This document shows positions 1 through 14,472 of a stretch of DNA of 64,000 nucleotides, piece by piece (positions within the stretch are counted from its first letter, which is position 1; each line of letters opens with the position of its first letter). Source of the DNA: Octopus vulgaris (taxonomy: Eukaryota); contig OX597839.1 in assembly GCA_951406725.2 (NCBI GenBank), forward strand, positions 39,928,001-39,992,000, given 5' to 3'. The notes below the pieces were generated by a model. That model had not been told where the DNA came from. It saw only the letters and a program-made list of their open reading frames with translations, and did no database searches. A program made the translations under genes and the position numbers.

Positions 1-44
1 TACTGGCGGTGATTTGCTGTAACTCTAGCGGCTAAGGCGGTGTT

Positions 45-870
<826 letters not shown>

Positions 871-1384
871 TGCTGTGCTGTTGGCGTCAGTGATTGGCTG
901 AGCGGTGGAAGGAAGGAGACCAATGACAGTTGCATTAACTTTCCAGGAGCATTCTAATTAATAGCAATCAGATCTCAATTAACGTGTCCCCAACTAATGC
1001 AGCCGATGATGATGAAAAGCTCAGTTTGGTGAGTTCGCCGGAATTAACATGGCAAGACATTTCTGCCAGATTCCGTTAGCAAAGGCCGTCTATTTATGCA
1101 TCATTACTAATTCTTCTGTTGGCAAAGCATTGAAATATTTGGTTTCGTTCGTGACACAGGAAAAATAATGGAATCTGTTCGTTGTCTCTCCGGTCTTTCA
1201 GATGGCAATAGGTATGTACGCATGAGTGGTTGAGAAGTTCTTTCTGCAAGTGAGTGGTTTCTGGTTCAGTTCCGTTCCACAGCGCGGCATCTTTAATCTT
1301 TAAGTATCTTCTGATATATATATCTGCCGGTGTATAATTTGCGAATGAATTCGTACAAGGAGAGTGTATCGAAGACCGTCGTAA

Positions 1385-1432
<48 letters not shown>

Positions 1433-1491
1433 ATATATATATGTGTGTGGGTGTGTGTATATATATATATTTATGTATATATGTATATCTG

Positions 1492-1524
<33 letters not shown>

Positions 1525-1646
1525 GTATATATATATATGTATGTATATATATATGTATGTATATATATATGTATATATATATGTATGTATGTATATATAT
1601 ATGTATATATATATGTATATATATATGTAAATATATATATATATGC

Positions 1647-1730
<84 letters not shown>

Positions 1731-1832
1731 TGTTATATTTCGGAATGGTCATATTGCCAGTTTAGCCAATAAAAACACACGCACTATATATTTGGTGTTA
1801 TTTATTTTTTACATTAATCTTAATCTTATTTC

Positions 1833-1877
1833 GGCCAGAGTTCTTTCGTCACACTCCTGTGACCGCATCAGTGGTCC
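1833..1877 (-). ncRNA. Type I hammerhead-like motif (mirror copy, core variant)
   Basis: Reverse complement of 1959-2003. Confidence 0.55.
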
Positions 1878-1958
1878 TTTGTTTTCTTCTTTCTTATTTG
1901 TGTCTCTCCTTACTAATCGTTAGTAAGGAGAGACACAAATAAGAAAGAAGAAAACAAA

Positions 1959-2003
1959 GGACCACTGATGCGGTCACAGGAGTGTGACGAAAGAACTCTG
2001 GCC
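1959..2003 (+). ncRNA. Type I hammerhead-like motif, variant core CUGAUGCG
   Basis: ggacca CTGATGCG gtcac-aggagt-gtgac GAAA gaac TC tggcc: stems I, II and III are present; A9 is replaced by C. Confidence 0.55.
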
Positions 2004-2163
2004 GAAATAAGATTAAGATTAATGTAAAAAATAAATAACACCAAATATATAGTGCGTGTGTTTTTATAGGCTAAACTGGCAAAATGACCATTCCGAAATA
2101 TAACAATATCTGTTTCAACACACGACTTCACATAAAAAATCTTGCACAACAAATATCTCAACG

Positions 2164-2195
<32 letters not shown>

Positions 2196-2230
2196 TGTAT
2201 ATATATATATGTATATACATTCGTAAATAA

Positions 2231-2265
<35 letters not shown>

Positions 2266-2634
2266 AACAATAGACGAAATGATGGATCGTACATTACAAT
2301 TTTACAATTTTTGATATATATGCAAATGAGTTTCATTTGTAAATTAACAATTCATGCAAATTACGGATCTATGTAAATTAAGGGCAAGTGTTTCCAGCCG
2401 TCAAATATAAATCTGCCATGATAGAAACGTGGAGCTGTTGTTGTTGGAGTTGGTGGTCGTGGTGGTATTCATGTTTTATGTTCATTCTGTTGTCCTGCAG
2501 ACTAAAGTTGGATGCGGTGACACACACACCAGGGAGGATGCGGATGGGGTTTGGAGAAGTGTGATGAGGTTAAATTTAGAATTAATATCATTAACAACAC
2601 GTGACAATCGATTTTGTGCGTGATATCAGATATC

Positions 2635-2715
<81 letters not shown>

Positions 2716-2853
2716 AAGATAGATATATAGGTGTGTGTGTGTGTTTGCGTCATGTTCGTATGTGTGTGTGTTTGTGTTATGTTCGTATGTGGGGTGTATA
2801 CACGGTGCGTTCCAGAAGTTTGGAGACTTTTTCTGTAGAGACATATATGGTAT

Positions 2854-3010
2854 TCGATCACGTCTAAGTCTCTAATGTCTTTGAATGTAGGATCTTCTGA
2901 CGTCATCGTACTTTATTTACATTATTTACATTTGACGGATTTTTGTCCTCATCTTGTTTGTTGATAACACAACGTTTCGGCTGATATATCCTCCAACCTT
3001 CATCAGGTGT
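2854..3010 (-). mobile_element. Inverted 5' duplicate of the 3' part of the tRNA-headed HHR element
   Basis: Reverse complement of 3209-3270 plus 3691-3793 once the intervening SINE is removed. Confidence 0.85.
2967..3010 (-). ncRNA. Minimal type I hammerhead ribozyme
   Basis: Minus strand: acac CTGATGA a ggttg..cagcc GAAA CG TT gtgt; palindromic ACGT stem III. Confidence 0.75.
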
Positions 3011-3015
3011 GCACC

Positions 3016-3093
3016 GGCATATGGCGTAGTGGTTAAGAGCGCGGGTTACTAACTCCAAGATTCCGAGTTCGATTCCAGTCAGTGACCTGAATG

Positions 3094-3148
<55 letters not shown>

Positions 3149-3270
3149 CAACAACAACATTGAAAAATACCTTAGGAATGAGAACCAAGGTTCGAAATTT
3201 CCCCCAAGACACCTGAAGAAGGCTGGAGGGTATATCAGCCGAAACGTTCTGTCAATAATAAACAAGATAG
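3016..3270 (+). mobile_element. tRNA-headed element with an internal (AAT)n and a 3' hammerhead motif
   Basis: A box TGGCGTAGTGG at 3022-3032, B box GAGTTCGATTCC at 3065-3076, HHR at 3208-3253; second copy at 52229-52440 (-). Confidence 0.8.
3208..3253 (+). ncRNA. Minimal type I hammerhead ribozyme
   Basis: gacac CTGAAGA a ggctg..cagcc GAAA CG TT ctgtc (one stem I mismatch). Confidence 0.7.
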
Positions 3271-3271
3271 G

Positions 3272-3690
3272 CGCAGGAGTGGCTGTGTGGTAAGTGGCTT
3301 GCTTACCAACCACATGGCTCCGGGTTCAGTCCCACTGTGTGGCATCTTGGGCAAGTGTCTTCTGCTATAGCCCCGGGCCTACCAATGCCTTGTGAATGGA
3401 TTTGGTAGACGGAAACTGAAAGAAGCCTGTCGTATATATGTATATATATATGTATGTGTGTGTGCGTTTGTGCGTCTGTGTTTGACCCCCTAGCATTGCC
3501 TGACAACTGATGCTGGTGTGTTTACGTCCCTGTAACTTAGCGGTTCAGCAAAAGAGACCGATAGAATAAGTACTGGGCTTACAAAGAATAAGTCCCGGGG
3601 TCGATTTGCTCGACTAAAGGCGGTGCTCCAGCATGGCCGCAGTCAAATGACTGAAACAAGTAAAAGAGTAAAGAGTAAAGAGTAAAGAGT
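3272..3690 (+). mobile_element. tRNA-derived SINE, family A (full length)
   Basis: GGCGCAGGAGTGGCTGTGTGGTAAG head, GGTTCAGTCCC B-box-like motif, (AAAGAGT)n tail; 8-bp TSD AAGATAGG at 3264-3271 and 3691-3698. Confidence 0.9.
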
Positions 3691-4919
3691 AAGATAGGGA
3701 CAAATATTCGTCAAATGTAAATAATGTAAATATAGTACGATGACGTCAGAAGACCCTACATTCAAAGACATTAGAGATTTAGACTTGATCGAAATTAATT
3801 AAGAGGGAGAGAGAGAGAGAGAGAGAGAGAAAGAGGGGAGGAAAGGGAGAGGGAGGGAGAGATGGAGATAAAGAGACCGGTGGGAGGAAGAGATATATAT
3901 TTTCAAATTCATCCATCTTTTTTTGCGGATGCATATCCTCATGAGACGTTCAGTATAGACGCACGTATAAGACAGAGTCGTTCCTTCTCTTTGATTTGAT
4001 GGTGTACTGTAGATCAAACGAAAACAACCGCCGCACTTAATATGGAAAGTTTACAAACATGTTTTTCCTTTAATAATCTAGAATATAAATATAGCAATCT
4101 ATTGCCTACCTCGTGACGGTAATCGTATTTGCCTTTAGCGAAACATCTCACGTTTTTTAATAATATTCATAAATATGCATAGAGTTTGTTACAGACTTGG
4201 TATGTAATATTTTTTTAAAATATGGTACCCCTTGAGGCGTACTTTTTGAGAATCGCAGGGAGACGTACGTACACAAACATGCTCAAGCGCTTGTATATAT
4301 ACTGATATATATGAAATTGTATATACATGTGTAACGTAAAGTATATTGCCATTATATGGAAAACTATTATTTTTTTGATGTGCAACCATTATTTCAAATT
4401 AAACACATATATATATGTTTATATATATATATATATATATATGTTTATATATATACCTATAAACATATATATATATATATATAATATTACTTCGAGACAA
4501 ACCCACTATTTATTATTATATATATATATATATAGATATATATGTATATATATATATATATATATAAAAATACATTGCATACGCACTCACGCACATATAT
4601 TTATGTGTGTATGTGTATATATGTGTGTGTGTATGTGTGTGTGTATGTGTATGTGTATATATGTGTGTGTGTTTGTATATATATATATATATACATACAT
4701 ATAGGTGAACAAGGTGACTATTTCGATGGAGATGATGTGAAAACTTAGGTAAATAAGTTATTTCTTTTATTAAACATAACATAGATATATAGGTACATAA
4801 ATATATACATGTGTGTTACTACAGACACACACACACACACACACACACACAGTGACACACACACACATATATATATACAGACACATATGTATATATATAT
4901 ATGTGTGTGTGTGTATATG

Positions 4920-5127
4920 GACGCCATGATAGATCGTTAGCTCCTACACGCATTTTTCGCTCCCCTTGTTTCTCAACCTTGTTTTTTTTCTGTCTATCTT
5001 TCTGTCGAAGAGCATAGGCTCGAAACGTAAAAGACTTTTTCTATTTCTATTCCTGAGCGCCATACTAATACATTTGTCTGTTTGTACTCCACCTGCCTTC
5101 GTCTTTTGTTTATTTTCGTAAACTTTC

Positions 5128-5131
<4 letters not shown>
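4920..5131 (+). mobile_element. ~210-bp dispersed element with an HHR-like motif (family H1)
   Basis: Copies at 37428-37628, 45499-45712 (-) and 47503-47632; motif at 4997-5034: tcttt CTGTCGAA gagc-atag-gctc GAAACGTA aaaga. Confidence 0.8.
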
Positions 5132-5209
<78 letters not shown>

Positions 5210-5210
5210 G

Positions 5211-5258
<48 letters not shown>

Positions 5259-5863
5259 TGTATATATTTAATGCGTCGGTATGTATGTATATAAATATTT
5301 ATACATGTGTGTATTCAAACATATATACAGGTCATCACTTTTACACAGATGTACAGATACACGCAGAGATACGTACACACACAAATCCGTATATACATCT
5401 CTCTCTCTCTCTCTCTCCCCCTCTGTACCTATCTTACCATTTATTATATGTTATCATCTATTCATCTATGCATGTGTTTGTGTGTGTGTGTATGTTTGTG
5501 TGTCTGTATATGTTTGCGCGCGCGTGTGTGTGTATCTAGAACGTTCTTCCTAAATCACGTACCACATCTCAACATGAAATATTTTGAACTTGAACCTGTT
5601 AAAACACCTGATAAAATGTTGGAATGAACATCAGACCAGACTCTAATTAAAGACCAGCAGATTCCTTTGGAAGCATCAGATTGAGATATGGGTAATTTGG
5701 CTATCATATATCCACGATTATACACGCCCAGCTACATATATAGCCAGTCGGGCCACCATTTTGGCACCTGGTCTATGGCAGGCATCTTATTTCGCAATTA
5801 TTATCTTTCATTTGCCGTTTTCCAGCATCCTTTCAGTCTGCGTGCGTTTGTCTTGTATATCCA

Positions 5864-6190
<327 letters not shown>

Positions 6191-6199
6191 CATCTATCT

Positions 6200-6421
6200 G
6201 CTGGCAGACACGTTAGCGCGCCGGGCGAAATGCTTAGCGGTATTTCGTCTGTCGTTACGTTCTGAGTTCAAATTCCGCCGAGGTCGACTTTGCCTTTCAT
6301 CCTTTCAGGGTCGATAAATAAAGTAGCAGTTCGCACTGGGGTCAATGTAATCGACTTAATCACTTTGTCTGACCTTGTTTGTCCTCTTTGTGTTTAGCCC
6401 CTTGTGGGCAATAAAGAAATA
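6200..6421 (+). mobile_element. tRNA-derived SINE, family B
   Basis: GCTGGCAGA..GTTAG head, GAGTTCAAATTCC B box, tail GCCCCTTGTGGGCAATAAAGAAAT; multiple copies in the window. Confidence 0.85.
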
Positions 6422-6471
6422 TATCTATCAACCTGTCTGGCAATCTAACTGTCTGACTGTCTGTCTGTCTG

Positions 6472-6555
<84 letters not shown>

Positions 6556-6556
<1 letters not shown>

Positions 6557-6690
6557 TCTTTTGTCTTTTACTTGTTTCAGTCATTTGACTGCGGCCATGC
6601 TGGAGTACCGCCTTTAGTCGAGCAAATCAACCCCAGGACTTATTCTTTGTTAGCCTAGTACTTATTCTATCGGTCTCTTTTGCCGAACCG
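6556..6690 (-). mobile_element. SINE family A, 3' fragment
   Basis: Matches the reverse complement of the 3' part of 3272-3690. Confidence 0.8.
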
Positions 6691-7348
6691 TTGTGTGTGT
6701 TTTTATGCGTGTATTTGTTTGTTCCCCATCACCGCTTGACAACAGGTGCACTCATTTCATCCGACCAAAAATTCTTGAAGGCTGTGCCCCAGCATGGCCA
6801 TAGTCTAATAACTGAAGCAAGTAAAAGAAAAACAGCAAAGCATAACCTCGCTAATAAACTTCTTCTCAACGTTATATTTTTATTTTCTGTTACCTGTAAT
6901 GGTCTTTAGGGTTTTGATCTGACCCCTACCCGCAATCAGTCCCTAAGATTTAGAAGAAGGAACAGGATACCTACCAATGAATGAGTTTATGAATAAAGTA
7001 TCATTGCTGCAAGTTTGCATGAGATTAATTTCACAGATCTTAAAAGATTAAGAAATAAGTAAAATATGCAGATTCATAGCAGTTCACAACCGGATATACA
7101 AGCTACGAACGTTTTGAAGTACCCACTAAGAATATCTACACTCTCCACCCTCTGCCTTCCGCCGTCCGAATTTCACCTTCCGCTGTCCGCCGGCAGCCAT
7201 CCGACATCCGCCATTTATCCGCTCTGCCGCCATATTTAATAGATTCGATGCTTATGCGATGCTGGTTTGTTTAGATTCCATTTCCATATAAACGTTTTTA
7301 TAGACATTTATAAGCACCAATTTCAGACAAGGAAAATGGAGAAATAGA

Positions 7349-7474
<126 letters not shown>

Positions 7475-7676
7475 GTATATATATATATGTATAAAATAAC
7501 AAAACAAAACAAAAACAAGGCAAGAAATTTATTGACGGGACTCTGGAACACGTATCACATTTCCATATAGTTTCCTGACAGGAATCTCGGCAGAAACACT
7601 AGAAGACATAAAGAAAGAGAGATAGAGAGAGAGAAATAAAGAAAGAGAGAGAGAGAGAAAGAGGGAGGAAAACCCC

Positions 7677-7734
<58 letters not shown>

Positions 7735-8315
7735 TAATAATAATTATGGATAAGAATATAAAACGTGAAATGCAAATAGCTTTGGGGTTATATATATGTG
7801 TGTTCATGTGGCTGCGTGTGTATGTATTTGTGTGTGCATGTCTGTGTGTGTGTGTGTGTGTATGTGTGTGTATGTCTGTATGTGTATTTGTCGATGTGTA
7901 TATGTATGAGTGCGGGCGTGTGCAATCATACGAACATGAACTTATATACACACACATATATGTGTATCTGTATGTGTGTGTGTGTGTGTGTTTGAGTATG
8001 TGTACGTGTGTGTTCGAGTGAGTGAGTGTGTTTATTTGTATTTACATATGTATCTATTTGTCCTATCTATTTTTTTTCCATTTTTTTTTCTTTTTTGCAA
8101 AGAATATTGCAAAAATTTAGTGCATAAAAAAATATTCAACAGACATACAAACACGCCTTTAGGATGGGCGAAACGTATAAAATAGAGAAATATACCGTTT
8201 TTATACACACACACACTTGCACTCGACTGTATATATATATGTGTGTATATATATGTATATCTATATATGCATATATTTATATGTATATATATATACATAT
8301 ATGTATATGTATATG

Positions 8316-8347
<32 letters not shown>

Positions 8348-8378
8348 CCTCTGGATATCCTTCCTACTTATTTTGATC

Positions 8379-8427
<49 letters not shown>

Positions 8428-8465
8428 ATCTCAGATCAAATTACTTGCTATGCGAGTACATCTCC

Positions 8466-8508
<43 letters not shown>

Positions 8509-8643
8509 TGTATATATATTATATATATAAATATATGTATATATATCTATATATATATATATACATTTATATATATGTATATTATATTTTTATATATATA
8601 TGGGTGTATACGTATGTAGATATATGCATATATCTTTCTAAAT

Positions 8644-8674
<31 letters not shown>

Positions 8675-9364
8675 CACACACTCACACACATATCTTCACA
8701 CATCCACATTTATATACATACATATGTACAGTGGTAAATTATTTCGCCAGTTCAGGTTAAACTTGTACAGCATTCCATAGATTTTGGTATATTTCCAAGA
8801 CTTGCCCGTATAATTTTTGTTGTTGTCGTTCCCGTCGTATTCGCTGCTGATGTTGTTGTCGTTGTTGTTGTTGGTTCTGTCAGAAAGCTGGTGGTGGTGG
8901 TGGTGGCGGTGATGGTTGTGGGGCTCGTAAGGGGTAACAAATACTTCTAAATTCATCGAAATAACTTCCTGTTGGTATTTATATCGCTTCGGAATATTTT
9001 TTTTTCCGCCATATTTTTTTATAGCTGTTCTATTCGGAGAGGTGGAGGTGAGGAAAAATTTAAAGGGGTGTGGGCGCGTGTATTTGTTTATTTATTATTT
9101 GTATTTGCTCGTTTGTTTGTTTATATGTATTTTTTTTTTATTATTGCCGCTTACTTTTTGCTTTTGGTTTCATTTGATTTTGTTTTTCTTTCTGACATGA
9201 TTTCATGGCAGAAGTGACAGGAATCGGTTTAATATTCGCATGGTTATCTATGTCTACAGAAATATATGTGCTTCCATACTAAAGGATATTGACGAAGCAT
9301 ACCTACCTATCTATATTACATATGTTCTTATACATACATATATACATATAAATTTATATATGCA

Positions 9365-9437
<73 letters not shown>

Positions 9438-9494
9438 TCATATAAATGTTTGCGTACATATATATATGTATATATGTATATATATATATGTATG

Positions 9495-9535
<41 letters not shown>

Positions 9536-9674
9536 ATGTGTTTGTGTGTATGTCTGTATGTATGTATATGAATATATGCATACTATATATTTAATATACC
9601 TGTGCTTATATATATGTGTGTGTATGTGTGTGTTTATGTATGTATATGCATGTGTATATATGTGTATGAAAATT

Positions 9675-9710
<36 letters not shown>

Positions 9711-9755
9711 ACCATATATAAATATTTAATCTCTCTATCTCTCTCTCTTTCTCTC

Positions 9756-9802
<47 letters not shown>

Positions 9803-10460
9803 GATTTTTTGTGATTCGAATTGAAAAGAGAATTTCTGTGCATATGTATGTATGTCTGTATGTATGTATGTATGTATGTATGTATGTATGTATGTATGTA
9901 TGTATGTATGTATGTATGTATGTATGTATGTATGTATGTAGGCGTGTGTGTGTCATTGTGTGTGAGCTGTAGGAATACGCGAGCCCGCACACGCCCACGC
10001 ACTCGTGTACATGCATAGAAATTCTCATCGCGTGTCGAATCCAAAACAATCACTCTAAAGGTCTTCATGTGAATTCGTGCGGCCGGAATAATTCCCGAGA
10101 GATACGCCACAACAAAGCCGCGCAGCAAGGATGACGATGATGATAATAACGGTGATGATACAGAAGAGGAGGAGGAGGAGGAGGAAAGAGGAAGTTGAGG
10201 ATGTTGACGGTGATGATGAGGATGATGATGATGATTGTATATGACAAGAAAAACGCTTTCAATATGGTGCTACATGGAGCTGATGCATATGAGGACATGA
10301 TAGGTCATACATATGTCAATATAATATACATGTTGTATATAACAGTCTCAGGCATAGTTGTGTGGTTAAGCAGCTTGGTTTCCAACCAAGTGTTCTCGGT
10401 TTCAGTTCCACTGCGCAGCACTTTCGGTATGTGTCTTTTGCTATCACGCCGGTTGGCCAA

Positions 10461-10834
10461 TGTTGTTGGCACTCCGTCGGTTACGACGACGAGGGTTCCA
10501 GTTGATCCGATCAACGGAACAGCCTGCTCGTGAAATTAACGTGTAAGTGGCTGAGCAGTCCACGGGTGCGTGTACCCTTAATGTTGTTGTCGGGGAGATT
10601 CAGCGTGACAAGGCTGGCCCTTTGAAATACAGGTACAACAGAAACAGGAAGTAAGAGTGAGAGAAAGTTGTGGTGAAAGACTACAACAGGGGTCGCCACC
10701 ATCCCCTGCCGGAGCCTCGTGGAGCTTTTAGGTGTTTTCGCTCAATAAACACCCACAACGCCCGGTCTGGGAATCGAAACCGCGATCCTATGACCGCGAG
10801 TCCGCTGCCCTACCCACTGGGCCATTGCGCCTCC
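10461..10834 (-). mobile_element. tRNA-derived SINE, family D
   Basis: Minus head GGAGGCGCAATGGCCCAGTGG..GGTTTCGATTCCC; same head at 29060-29362 (-) and 52113-52205 (+). Confidence 0.85.
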
Positions 10835-11261
10835 ACTACAACATCACACCAAGCCACAACGCTCGACCGCTCGACCGCTCCATTTGCTCCACCGTTACGC
10901 TACTACACCGTCACAGTACATTATCACATGATTTGCCAACGTCTTCACCTTTCTGATCTTATTCGACCTATCAGAAATAACAGCCGAATCTACGCCAAAT
11001 TTCTTGCCGCCTTCTTAATACAGGAAAATGACGCATTAGATAACGCGTTCCTGGATTCTTCAAAGAAAAGAGTAAAAAACGGAATAGCTACGGCAGAAGC
11101 GTGCTTGTTCATAGGAAAGTCGTATGTGGGCCATTGCGCCTCCTGACTAATGTATTGTGAAGGAATTCGCCAGACAGAAAGTGTTCGGTAACCCATCACA
11201 CACACACACATATACATGCGCACACGCACACACACATACATACACACACATATATATATAC

Positions 11262-11311
<50 letters not shown>

Positions 11312-11413
11312 TCGGGGTGAGTACTTGATAATTATAAGCACCTGTGTATACCGTTTGGTGGTGTAGGTGGTGGAGTAAATTGATCAAAATAAAAACATGA
11401 TGCGAAGGATTCA

Positions 11414-11491
11414 GCGGTACATATGTTTCGGGCCTTTATTAGACAGATTTATAACAATGCATAATGTATGTCTGTGGCCTTCTTCAGCCGC
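11414..11491 (-). ncRNA. Type I hammerhead ribozyme (mirror copy)
   Basis: Reverse complement of 11668-11745. Confidence 0.75.
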
Positions 11492-11667
11492 GCACAACAG
11501 CTTCCACAAGGACATGTGTTACATCAGAAATTCTTGGTTGGGGATGCAAATCCTCCCATTCGCGTACGACATAATGCGGCAGCAGCATAGAATTGAAGCG
11601 TCCATCTCTTTCTTCTCTCAATGTAGAATTTCTGATGTAACACATGTCCTTGTGGAAGCTGTTGTGC

Positions 11668-11745
11668 GCGGCTGAAGAAGGCCACAGACATACATTATGC
11701 ATTGTTATAAATCTGTCTAATAAAGGCCCGAAACATATGTACCGC
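11668..11745 (+). ncRNA. Type I hammerhead ribozyme
   Basis: gcgg CTGAAGA aggcc...ggccc GAAA catatg TA ccgc; palindromic ACATATGT stem III, GUA cleavage triplet. Confidence 0.75.
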
Positions 11746-11778
11746 TGAATCCTTCGCATCATGTTTTTATTTTGATCA

Positions 11779-11816
<38 letters not shown>

Positions 11817-12450
11817 CTCACTACTTGAATTGACGATAAAGAAAACTTGACTTAAACAGGATTTAGATAATCCTATCAGGTGGTGCTATTAAGTTAGACC
11901 TGGCCTGGACCAATCTTTGGTCGAAACATATCTAAGTTTATCTATGTTTATATATATATATATAAGTTGTACTGTCTTTAGCCGTAAGACACCCACTGTT
12001 TTTGTCCTGTTTTTACTTTATTGTTTTTTGTATTTTATATTCGTGTGGCATCGTCCGTTTTTCTGTCCCTGTTTCGTAGACATTCGATCCTTTTTCCAAG
12101 AAATCTAATGCTCGTAGCTTGGGGCTGGCCGGATCGGAGCGATCTCAAGATTAATCAGCCGAAATTGCGAGGATGATCCGGTTCTTGAGTGAAGATTGAA
12201 GGCTTCGAATGTCCCGTCCGTGTTTTTTGTATCGTCTTCTAAATGTTTTGCGTTCTTGTCCCAGTTTGTATTTTTCTACATATAATATATATATATACAC
12301 ACATAAGAATATAAGAACCTGGTAGGGTGTAAAGTTATGGTATTTCACGAGAGAAGCACTCGATCCGAATAGTGGGCTATCAACACTGATGGGTTCCAGG
12401 CCAGAACCGGAATTCCTCACGTGTATATATTTATATAAATGCGGTGCGTC

Positions 12451-12537
<87 letters not shown>

Positions 12538-12592
12538 CTCTAGTTATCTACCTATCTATTTCACTCTCTCTCACTCACTGTCTCTGTATGCA

Positions 12593-12709
<117 letters not shown>

Positions 12710-12964
12710 CATAAAGGTGTGGTGCTATTTACTTCGTTGGAACTTCCTCGACATACACTTAAGGTTTTGTTCCTGGCTTTTGGCCAGGACCATTTCCTCC
12801 AAGAGTTCTTTCCGTCCATGTGATATCCAATTATATTCTATTCTACTTTTCTTATATAATTTCGATGATTTCCATCGCGTTCCTGTCTATATTTCGCATT
12901 TATTTTATATTCCACCTTACTCGTTTCTCGATTTATATATTCTGATAGACATACACACACACAC

Positions 12965-13021
<57 letters not shown>

Positions 13022-13103
13022 CAAAATATTAAAGAATGACCCTGAGAAGGTCGTTCGACTCACTCATTTTCTGGTGGCAGAAAATTTTTCCTGAATTTTT
13101 TGT

Positions 13104-13153
<50 letters not shown>

Positions 13154-13321
13154 TCTGTTTTTCTGTTGTAAAAAAATGGTTTTCCGTTTTCGTTTCTCGT
13201 TGAGTTCTACGTCTAGTTGTGGTGTCCTGTACTCACGTATATATATTTATAAATGTATATATACATGTAGATGTAGGTACGTACATATATGTTTGTATGT
13301 ATGCATATATTTTATTTATTA

Positions 13322-13373
<52 letters not shown>

Positions 13374-13508
13374 GTATGTATAGGCTTTTTAATCTCTTTT
13401 GGCATGTGTTAATGGCATTTGCAATGTTATCTGCTGAAAGAACTCAATACCCGTTCTGATGATACCTACATACTATCATACATACATGTATACATAATAC
13501 ATACATAC

Positions 13509-13658
<150 letters not shown>

Positions 13659-13661
13659 CCC

Positions 13662-14091
<430 letters not shown>

Positions 14092-14390
14092 CATATATAT
14101 ATATATATATATATAATTAATAAGGGTGAGAGAATTAGATACTAATTTAATAGTATATCTATTCTACACCAAGTGGCCTAGTGCTCCGAGAAACCTGGAT
14201 TATTATAATATTTTATAATATATTACAATATTTTTACAAAATAAATATAAGAGAGTGGTCACTATATGGCTCACTCTAGCACCAGTTAATCCAAAAGGTT
14301 TCAACCACAAAAATACATGTTTCCCATGAAAGTCAGTACGATTGTTAGCTCACACGGACAGGGCAAATAAAAAATAACAAATACAGATTA

Positions 14391-14472
14391 TTTTGGGACA
14401 ATTGTTTCGCTATTAATGAATTAAATGTAATTTTACTTACAATAAAATCCACTTGTAGCTCTTCAGCCAAAA
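14391..14472 (-). ncRNA. Type I hammerhead ribozyme, array copy 1
   Basis: Reverse complement of 14861-14942. Confidence 0.85.

Larger units (their letters stand above)
1727..2109. repeat. Near-perfect palindrome (190-bp arms, 3-nt loop) carrying one HHR-like motif per arm
   Basis: 1727-1916 is the reverse complement of 1920-2109, with about two mismatched sites; centre TACTAA-TCG-TTAGTA. Confidence 0.95.
11376..11783. repeat. Inverted repeat (159-bp arms, 90-bp spacer) with one HHR per arm
   Basis: 11376-11534 is the reverse complement of 11625-11783; the ORF track shows identical peptide starts on both strands. Confidence 0.95.

Noticed and set aside
11397-11762. Twin 92-aa ORFs on opposite strands
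   Set aside because: By-product of the inverted repeat; no coding evidence.
11894-11935. HHR-like ttaga..gacca-atctt-tggtc GAAA cata tctaa
   Set aside because: No CUGANGA box; at best a decayed relic.
12140-12215. Repeat (related to 19370-19423) with GAAA before a CTGANGA-like box; possible type II HHR
   Set aside because: Could not build consistent stems by eye.
12382-12425. CTGATG-ggttc..gaacc-GGAA HHR-like
   Set aside because: Two core defects and no convincing stems I and III.
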